From positions 4,020,001-4,052,000 of the forward strand of contig NZ_LN831024.1 in the NCBI RefSeq assembly GCF_001457615.1: a stretch of DNA of 32,000 bases. The letters are read 5' to 3'. Made by a program: the position numbers and the translations under genes. Under the pieces are notes generated by a model. The model searched no databases. It saw only the letters and a list, made by a program, of their open reading frames with translations, and was not told where the DNA came from. Source of the DNA: Pseudomonas aeruginosa. GTDB lineage: Bacteria > Pseudomonadota > Gammaproteobacteria > Pseudomonadales > Pseudomonadaceae. This document shows, in pieces, positions 25,971-32,000 of this stretch (position 1 is its first letter; each line of letters begins with the position of its first letter).

Positions 25971-27215
25971 TCAATCGAGTTCGCGCAGGCGCTGCTCGAT
26001 GAAGCGCCGCTCCGGCTCCTGGCGCGCCAGGGCCAGCGCCGCGCGGTAGGCCTCGCGGGCCTCGCGGCGGCGACCGAGACGGCGGCAGAAGTCGGCACGC
26101 GCCGAGTGCGCCAGGTGGTAATCGGCCAGTTCACCTCGCGCCAGCAACGCATCGACCACGGCCAGCCCGACCTCGACGCCATCGCGCATGGCCAAGGCCA
26201 CGGCGCGGTTGAGTTCGACCACCGGCGACGGCGCCAGGTACAGCAGCGCGTCGTAGAGGGCGACGATCCGTGCCCAGTCGGTGTCCTCGGCGCGCGGCGC
26301 CTGGGCATGCACCGCAACGATCGCCGCCTGCAGGGTGTAGGGCCCGACGCGGCGGCTGGCCAGGGCCCGCTCGACCAGGCCGAGCCCCTCGACGATCAAT
26401 CCACGATCCCACAGAGCGCGGTCCTGCTCGTCGAGCCGCACCAGTTCGCCGCTGGCCGAGATCCGCGCCTGGCGCCGCGAGTCGTGCAGCAACATCAGGG
26501 CGAGCAGGCCGAGGGCCTCGGGGTCGGGCAGCAGTTCGACCAGCAGGCGGCCGACGCGGATCGCCTCGCCGCTGAGATCGGCGCGGGTCAGGCTGGTGCC
26601 GGTGGAGGCCGAGTAGCCCTCGTTGAACACCAGGTAGATCACTTGCAGGACGTTGCCCAGCCGCTCGGGGAGTTCCTCCAGGGTCGGTACCTGGTAGGGA
26701 ATCCGGGCCTCGCGGATCTTGTTCTTGGCCCGCACGATGCGTTGGGCGATGGCGCTGGGCGCGGCGAGGAAGGCGCGGGCGATCTCCTCGGTGCGCAGGT
26801 CGCAGACCTCGCGCAGGGTCAGCGCCACCTGTGCCTCGGGGGTCAGCGCCGGGTGGCAGCAGGTGAAGATCAGGCGTAGCCGGTCGTCTTCCACCGCATC
26901 GCCCTCCTCCGCCGGCGCCTCGGCCTGCTCTTCCAGTTGCTCGGCGAGCAGCCGCTGCGAGGCGTCGAAGCGCGCTCGCCGGCGCAGGTTGTCGATGGCC
27001 TTGAAGCGCCCGGCGGAAACCAGCCAGGCGCGCGGGTTGCGCGGGATACCGTCGCGCGGCCACTGCTCGACGGCGGCGATGAAGGCGTCGTGCAAGGCTT
27101 CCTCGGCCAGCTCGAAATCGCCGAGCAGGCGGATCAGGGTCGCCAGCACGCGCCGCGACTCCTCGCGGTACAGCGCCTCGATGCGGCTGCGCAACGGCTC
27201 GCCGTGCTCCCTCAA
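25971..27215 (-). CDS. ECF-type RNA polymerase sigma factor with a long C-terminal extension (414 aa)
   Basis: Region 2 is EALYREESRRVLATLIRLLGDFELAEEALHDAFIAAVEQW..P.NPRAWL. Region 4 is LTLREVCDLRTEEIARAFLAAPSAIAQRIVRAK. About 220 further residues of helical, TPR-like sequence follow. Confidence 0.85.
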   Translation of the reverse strand: MREHGEPLRSRIEALYREESRRVLATLIRLLGDFELAEEALHDAFIAAVEQWPRDGIPRNPRAWLVSAGRFKAIDNLRRRARFDASQRLLAEQLEEQAEAPAEEGDAVEDDRLRLIFTCCHPALTPEAQVALTLREVCDLRTEEIARAFLAAPSAIAQRIVRAKNKIREARIPYQVPTLEELPERLGNVLQVIYLVFNEGYSASTGTSLTRADLSGEAIRVGRLLVELLPDPEALGLLALMLLHDSRRQARISASGELVRLDEQDRALWDRGLIVEGLGLVERALASRRVGPYTLQAAIVAVHAQAPRAEDTDWARIVALYDALLYLAPSPVVELNRAVALAMRDGVEVGLAVVDALLARGELADYHLAHSARADFCRRLGRRREAREAYRAALALARQEPERRFIEQRLRELD

Positions 27216-27961
27216 TGGCTGGCCTGCGCGTGGCAGCAGGCGCTTTTCGGCGCCTCGTCGTAGCGGTCGTGGTGACGCAGCCAGTCCATGATCGCGTCCT
27301 CGTTGCGCCCCTTGGGCGTCAGGTCGAGGAAGGTGTAGGTGGTGAGCAGGACGTCGAGGCCGCGCGCATAGGCCGAATAGGTGTGGAACACCTCGCCCGC
27401 CGGATTGCGCAGGAACACGCTGGCACCCGGCATTTCCTCGCCGGCGTCGGGGGTCGGCTGGTAGTTGTAGTCGACGCTGCCGGCGGCCAGTTGCGCCTTG
27501 TCGAAGGACACCCCGAAGTCACGGTTGAAATCGCTGCCGTACGAGGAGTACCAGTCGAAACGCCAGCCCATGCGCCGGCGGAACGCCTGGAACTCTTCCA
27601 GGGGCGCGCGCGATACCGCCACCAGGCTGACGTCGTGGTGCGCCAGGTGCCGGTTGGCGCCGTCGATGTGGTCGGCGAGGAACGAACAGCCGACGCAGCC
27701 TTCGCTCCAGCCCGGCGCGAACATGAAGTGGTAGACGATTAGCTGGCTATTGCCGCCGAACAACTCGGCCAGCGAACGCTCACCGCGCTCGCCCTGGAAG
27801 CGGTAGTCCTTGTCCACCCTGACCCAGGGCAGTTCGCGTCGTTCGGCGGCGACCTGGTCGCGCAGGCGGGTGAGTTGCTTTTCCCGCGCCAGCAGGCGGC
27901 GACGGGCGTCCAGCCATTGTTCCCGGCTGCTCACCGGGTGGTCCTGCAAAGAAGGATTCAT
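27212..27961 (-). CDS. DUF899 thioredoxin-fold protein
   Basis: ATG 27961. LPWVRVDKDYRF.G..G..SLAELFGGNSQLIVYHFMFAPGWSEGCVGCSFLADH and MGWRFDWYSSYGSDFNRDF are family hallmarks. The stop overlaps the sigma start (ATGA). Confidence 0.85.
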   Translation of the reverse strand: MNPSLQDHPVSSREQWLDARRRLLAREKQLTRLRDQVAAERRELPWVRVDKDYRFQGERGERSLAELFGGNSQLIVYHFMFAPGWSEGCVGCSFLADHIDGANRHLAHHDVSLVAVSRAPLEEFQAFRRRMGWRFDWYSSYGSDFNRDFGVSFDKAQLAAGSVDYNYQPTPDAGEEMPGASVFLRNPAGEVFHTYSAYARGLDVLLTTYTFLDLTPKGRNEDAIMDWLRHHDRYDEAPKSACCHAQASH

Positions 27962-28110
27962 TGCCGATTCTCCACGGAAATTCTCGGTTTTCCAGCCTGC
28001 CCGGGGTCGTTCCGCCAGCGGCGCCGGCGCCCGGTCGCCAGGGCGAAGCCGGCCAGCGAAGCGCCGCCGGCGCACAGCAGGGACAGGGATGCGATGCACA
28101 GGGGGCACAT
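27958..28110 (-). CDS. candidate small membrane protein (50 aa), below the length reported in the ORF track
   Basis: GGAGGTG lies 5 nt upstream of ATG 28110. The product is MCPLCIASLSLLCAGGASLAGFALATGRRRRWRNDPGQAGKPRISVENRQ: one hydrophobic helix followed by an RRRRWR cluster. GC3 is high. Its TGA overlaps the DUF899 ATG (ATGA). Confidence 0.5.
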   Translation of the reverse strand: MCPLCIASLSLLCAGGASLAGFALATGRRRRWRNDPGQAGKPRISVENRQ

Positions 28111-28135
28111 GCTTCACCTCCGGCGCCGGGCGCCC

Positions 28136-28486
28136 TCACTCCCATTCCTTGACCGGTCGCACCTCGACGCAGCCGAGCCGTCCCGGCGGAATCTTCGCGG
28201 CGATCTGCAGGGCCTGGTTGAGGTCGCGCGCCTCGATCAGGTAGAAGCCGCCGAGTTGCTCCTTGGTCTCGGCGAACGGCCCGTCGGTCATCGCCAGCCG
28301 CCCGCCCTGGTGGCGCAGGGTGGTGGCGGCCTGCACCGACTGCAGGGCGTGCGAGGCGATGTAGTGGCCGGCCTTGCCCAACTGGTCGGAGTAGGTCATG
28401 CACTCGTCGACGATGGCGGCAAGCTCCTCGGCCGGCACGGCGGCCAGCTTCGCTTCGTCGAAATAGATCAGGCAGAGGTATTTCAT
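28136..28486 (-). CDS. YciI (YCII) family protein
   Basis: MKYLCLIY...DGPFAETKEQLGGFYLIEARDLNQALQIAAKIP. It is the first gene of the operon that ends with the sigma factor. Confidence 0.85.
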   Translation of the reverse strand: MKYLCLIYFDEAKLAAVPAEELAAIVDECMTYSDQLGKAGHYIASHALQSVQAATTLRHQGGRLAMTDGPFAETKEQLGGFYLIEARDLNQALQIAAKIPPGRLGCVEVRPVKEWE

Positions 28487-28668
28487 GGCGGTGGGCTCCT
28501 GGTGCGGATCGACGATCCGTTCGTTCGGTAGTCGCCCGGCGAGGGCGCCTTTCGACAGTGGCGGGGAAAAAAGCCCGCGGCGCGGACGAACGGTCGGCGC
28601 TCGCCGTGGAACGCCGCCGACCGCAGCACAAGCCTAGACCCGCCCGACCACCGGGCGCGGGCCGTCGG

Positions 28669-29007
28669 TCAGGGCTGACGCGGTGCGTAGGGATTCAGGC
28701 GGGGATCGCGCAGCGGGCTTTCCCGGGTCGGCCCGGGATCGTCCTGGCGCAGGCGGAGACTGCCGTTGCCGATCTTCAAGCCGTCCTTGGTGGTCGCCTC
28801 CCCGTCGGCGCTGGCCGCGTCGCTGCCCGGCAGGTCCGGCTCGGCGGCCTCCGGTTGCGGCTGTGGCGCGCTGCCCATGGGCAACGGCGCGACCGGCGGC
28901 GCGGCGGGCAACGCTGCCGGCAGCTCGTCCGGCAGGGGCGCGGCGAGGGTCGGTTGGCCCAGGCCGGCGAGCACCATGGCCAGGAGCAGGAAAAGCACAC
29001 GCGACAT
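28669..29007 (-). CDS. small secreted Pro/Ala-rich hypothetical protein
   Basis: GAGG RBS. Signal peptide MSRVLFLLLAMVLAGLGQPTLAAP, followed by low-complexity P/A/E-rich sequence. Confidence 0.55.
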   Translation of the reverse strand: MSRVLFLLLAMVLAGLGQPTLAAPLPDELPAALPAAPPVAPLPMGSAPQPQPEAAEPDLPGSDAASADGEATTKDGLKIGNGSLRLRQDDPGPTRESPLRDPRLNPYAPRQP

Positions 29008-29441
29008 GACAAAGCCTCGATAGGCCTCGGGACTTCCACCATAGCCGCGCAACGGCCCCGGCGAGCGAAGTACGGACCGGTGGCATCGCGCATTGGAAAA
29101 AGGGAACTCCTGGAATTGTTCGATAGGACCCTGGCCACCTCCGTCAGCTGTCAATCGACTTTTCGAACAACGCGCCCGCCCCCTATTAGAACAGCGCAAA
29201 AAAACTCGATCAAAAGTACAGCCTGGGCATGAGGTCGCGGATATAACCTGAAATCGAATTGCGCCCCGGCGTAGTTGCTCCGGTAACACTTCGCAGACGC
29301 AGGAGTCGAACGCCACCGAAAAGAAGATAGCACTTGCCAGAGAAACTTCCGCAGGTCCCAACGAACATCCCGGCACGCACTCGCCTCGCCATCTTTCTTC
29401 CATTCAAAGACCCGCCCACATGTAAATGAGTGGAGTAGCCA

Positions 29442-30134
29442 ATGACGCTATTGGATATCGAAAAGCTGCTGGACATGACTCACCACATGTCGGTGCACAT
29501 TCCCATCGAACTGATCATTTCCTGGGAGCAGAGCGAAGAGGCCTGGAGTGTGAAAGACAACTGTCTCAACTTCGTCTATGTCAATCGTCGCTATACCGAA
29601 CTGATCACCCCGCGGTTCGGCCAGAAGAACTCCCTGCTGTCCCCCTTCAGTGCCAGCATCGAAGAGCACGACAAGCTGGTCATCCAGACCGGCAAGCGCA
29701 TCGAGGCCCTGGCGCTGCTCAGGCCGGACGACCATCCGGCGCCCTGCTGCCTGTACTTCGAGCGCATGCCGCTGTATGACCGGCGCGGCAACCGCACCGG
29801 GGTGATCGCCCATGCCAAGACCCTGACCTCGGTCGCCCCGCGCGGCTTCATCGCCACCGACGGCATCGGTACCTTCACCTTCACGCCCCCCTCGGAGTTG
29901 TTCACCTCGCGCGAATGGGACGTGATCTACCTGCTGCTTTCCGGTCTCTCGGAAAAAGAAATAGCCGAACAGATCAGCCGCTCCCTGAGTACCGTCAAGT
30001 TTCACAAGAGCAACATCTTCCAGAAGGTCGGTTGCAGTTGCATCGGCGCCTTCAAGGCACTCGCCCGGCAAAAGAAGTGGAACTTCTATATCCCGCCGAC
30101 CTTCGCCAGCGCCAAGTACATCATCAATCACTAG
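29442..30134 (+). CDS. LuxR-family transcriptional regulator (N-terminal PAS-like sensor, C-terminal HTH)
   Basis: The C-terminus FTSREWDVIYLLLSGLSEKEIAEQISRSLSTVKFHKSNIFQKVG is a GerE/LuxR HTH. Confidence 0.8.
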   Translation: MTLLDIEKLLDMTHHMSVHIPIELIISWEQSEEAWSVKDNCLNFVYVNRRYTELITPRFGQKNSLLSPFSASIEEHDKLVIQTGKRIEALALLRPDDHPAPCCLYFERMPLYDRRGNRTGVIAHAKTLTSVAPRGFIATDGIGTFTFTPPSELFTSREWDVIYLLLSGLSEKEIAEQISRSLSTVKFHKSNIFQKVGCSCIGAFKALARQKKWNFYIPPTFASAKYIINH

Positions 30135-30217
30135 TCGCGCCTCGCGAGAGCCTTCGGCGTGCCGGGCGACGCTTTTGCCGGCGAAACCGAGCGGTTCGAA
30201 TGGACAAGGACAACAGC

Positions 30218-31765
30218 ATGTCTCGAAACAATCCTTCGCGTCATTCAATACTCGTCACTTCCAACATAAACGCGGCCAATGATGCGAATCGTCTTTCCGA
30301 GCTTTGTCGACAACTGGAAATACGCGGCTATCGGCTCTTCCAGGCGCCAAGCCGCAAGGTCGCCCTGGATTTTCTCGGCAACGCCGCGCACCCCGCCGGC
30401 ATCCTCCTGCTCGTCGCGGAGCCGACAGGCGAGAACGAGGCCGCACAATTGGCGGCCCTCGATGAACTCCGCCAGGTCGCGCCGTCCATCCCGCTGTTCC
30501 TGTTGTTTCGTCAACTGCGCATCGAGCAGTTGTCCAGCCAGCTACTGGACGAGGCCCAGGGATGCTTCAACCTGGCCGCCGGCCCCGCACGCTTCATCGC
30601 CGAGCGCATCGACAGCGACCTGCGCGAATGGCGCGCCCCGGCAGGCCCCAGGCGGCTGCGCGACTATGCCCCGCCGGTCCCGCGCACGCCGGTGAGCGCC
30701 CGCTACAACGGCCGCGCACGCCTCGACTTGGCGCCGGCCAAGCAGTGGCGGATCGGCTCGGGGAGCACCGCGGAGCGCCTGGCGACACCGCTGAACGACC
30801 TCTCCACGGCCTACCGCAAGACGTCCGCAGGAGCCCCGGCGGCGCACGCCGGCGACATCGCCGAGGCCTTTCGCCGGGCGCTCTGGGAAGCCGCTGCGCG
30901 GCTCGCCAGGGAGGATGGCGATACGTGGTTCTTCGAGATACTGCGGGGCAACCCGGGGCCTGGCATCGAGGCCGGCCGGGAGACGCCGGCGAAGCGCTGG
31001 CACGGGCTCGCCGAGACACTCGACAGCAGTCCTCGGCTGGACCCGCTGCGCGTCGCCCTGAGCGCCCCCGGCCTCGATTCGCGCGGTCGCCCGGCCAGCT
31101 TCGGAGTACCCGCCGCGGTGGTCTGCCGCTACCTGCGCCGGCACGGCATCGCCCCGTTGCGCACCGGCGACTATCGCTTCCTGCTGCTGTTTCCCCAGGG
31201 CGCCAGGGCGGAACACGCGCAGCCGCTGGTGGACAGGCTGTGCGAATTCAAACGCCGGCACGACGACGATGCGCCGCTGAAGCAGGTGTTGCCGGAGTTG
31301 CTCGACAGCTCGCCGCTGTACCGCTACATCGGCCTGCGCGAACTCTGCGCGATGATCCACGAAGCCAGCCTGCGGCTGCACCTGACCGCCCTCGCCGACG
31401 CCGCCGCCAGGGCTGCCGGCCACGCCGCGCTGGCGCCGGCCACGGTCTATGGGCACCTGGTCAGGGACGAAACCGAAGCGGTGGCGATCGACAGGCTCGG
31501 CGGCCGTGTGGTCGCCAGCCTGGTCGGCGTCCATCCGGCGGCCACGCCGCTGCTGTTGCCCGGCGAACGGGTGGCCGAGGAATCACCGGCGCTGATCGAC
31601 TACCTGCTGGCCTTGCAGGCCTTCGGCGAGCACTTTCCCGGTTTCGCTCCCGAGTTGCAGGGCATCGAGATCGATGAGCGCGGCCGCTACCGGGTCCGTT
31701 GCGTCAGGCCGGCAGCCCTCGCCCGCGGCTCCGGCCTGCGCCTGGCCACGCGCCGGCCGGACTGA
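30218..31765 (+). CDS. Orn/Lys/Arg decarboxylase-like protein retaining the N-terminal wing and C-terminal domains but lacking the PLP-binding core
   Basis: The C-terminal ~260 aa align with E. coli CadA/LdcI as I recall it (GVPAAVVCRYLRRHGI..RTGDYRFLLLF; P..PLLLPGERV.EES.ALIDYLLALQAFGEHFPGF.PELQG). The length is about 515 aa against about 710-750 for the enzymes. There is no S-x-H-K motif. I preferred ATG 30218 (AAGGA upstream). Confidence 0.7.
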   Translation: MSRNNPSRHSILVTSNINAANDANRLSELCRQLEIRGYRLFQAPSRKVALDFLGNAAHPAGILLLVAEPTGENEAAQLAALDELRQVAPSIPLFLLFRQLRIEQLSSQLLDEAQGCFNLAAGPARFIAERIDSDLREWRAPAGPRRLRDYAPPVPRTPVSARYNGRARLDLAPAKQWRIGSGSTAERLATPLNDLSTAYRKTSAGAPAAHAGDIAEAFRRALWEAAARLAREDGDTWFFEILRGNPGPGIEAGRETPAKRWHGLAETLDSSPRLDPLRVALSAPGLDSRGRPASFGVPAAVVCRYLRRHGIAPLRTGDYRFLLLFPQGARAEHAQPLVDRLCEFKRRHDDDAPLKQVLPELLDSSPLYRYIGLRELCAMIHEASLRLHLTALADAAARAAGHAALAPATVYGHLVRDETEAVAIDRLGGRVVASLVGVHPAATPLLLPGERVAEESPALIDYLLALQAFGEHFPGFAPELQGIEIDERGRYRVRCVRPAALARGSGLRLATRRPD

Positions 31766-31775
31766 GGCGCGCCGT

Positions 31776-32000
31776 TCAGCGCAGCGCCTTGCTCAACTGG
31801 CCACGGTGCTTGAGTTCCAGGCGCTGGACGAAGGCCTGGAGGATGCGCCGGTAGAGTTCGTCGCCGAGCTGGCCGTCCTCGACGCCGGCATCGATATTCG
31901 GGTTGTCGTTGACCTCGATGACCAGCACCTTGTCGCCGGCCTGCTTCAGGTCCACCCCGTAGAGGCCGTCGCCGATCAGCCCGGCGGCCTCCAGGGCCAG
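31776..32000 (-). CDS. ATP-grasp protein (RimK/glutathione-synthetase-like), C-terminal 74 codons; the 5' end lies outside the window
   Basis: The reverse-strand frame is open to the window edge: ..GLYGVDLKQAGDKVLVIEVNDNPNIDAGVEDGQLGDELYRRIL..LSKALR, with its stop at 31776-31778. Confidence 0.65.
   Translation of the reverse strand: MALEAAGLIGDGLYGVDLKQAGDKVLVIEVNDNPNIDAGVEDGQLGDELYRRILQAFVQRLELKHRGQLSKALR

Noticed and set aside
24560-26317. 585-codon ORF antisense to the MFS gene and overlapping the sigma gene
   Set aside because: The composition is low-complexity and Q/R/A/G-rich, and the ORF spans two real genes on different strands. It is a high-GC artefact.
28487-28668. ECF-type promoter (GGAAC/GAAC ... 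CGTC-like) for the yciI-sigma operon
   Set aside because: I found only loose matches on the reverse strand (..CCGAACGAACGGATCGTCGATCC..). I saw no shared motif with the region upstream of the other YCII gene, so the call cannot be supported.
29071-29090. Sigma-54-like TGGCAT-N5-ATTGG motif upstream of the LuxR gene
   Set aside because: The GG-to-GC spacing is off by one, the -12 element is TTGG rather than TTGC, and the motif lies about 350 bp from the start codon.
29915-30217. N-terminal 100-codon extension of the decarboxylase-like ORF
   Set aside because: It overlaps the 3' end of the LuxR gene and is Arg-rich with no homology. Wing-domain similarity begins just after ATG 30218, which has an AAGGA RBS.

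Overview
This is a high-GC chromosomal window that looks like Pseudomonas aeruginosa. From memory and unverified, gene order resembles the PAO1 PA1373-to-PA1345 neighbourhood.

Bases 12254-32000 look like conserved core genome:
- a PhzF-family gene
- a FecI/FecR/TonB-dependent-receptor cell-surface signalling trio
- a NorM/PmpM-type MATE pump and RhtA
- an XRE-cupin regulator and a YbaK-like editing protein
- a MoaD-like gene followed by a BNR-propeller gene
- a YCII / VOC / DUF899 / extended ECF-sigma cluster
- an MFS transporter and a LuxR-type regulator
- a lysine-decarboxylase-like protein that lacks the PLP core
- the 3' end of a RimK-like ATP-grasp gene

Bases 557-12253, directly after a fabF-type KAS II gene, form a mosaic accessory segment with four parts:
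- An AT-rich block with a GNAT gene, a 6-TM membrane protein and about 670 bp without ORFs.
- A TetR-MFP-RND-SDR efflux module. Its divergent outer-membrane-factor gene is internally deleted, and it ends in a 38-codon KAS II 5' fragment.
- An ICMT-like / flavoprotein / TetR module.
- An IS5-like transposase remnant.

A perfect 43-bp inverted repeat brackets the efflux module. Related degenerate hairpin motifs are scattered through the accessory DNA only.

I found no canonical defence, CRISPR, integrase, tRNA or rRNA features. The most unusual items are:
- the rearrangement signatures (same-orientation fabF pieces and the 43-bp inverted repeats)
- an untracked 50-codon membrane ORF translationally coupled inside the sigma operon
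- the PLP-less decarboxylase-like gene

Many long antisense ORFs in the track are high-GC shadow ORFs. All calls come from reading the sequence and recalling families; nothing was searched or computed with tools. Start codons are the least certain coordinates.
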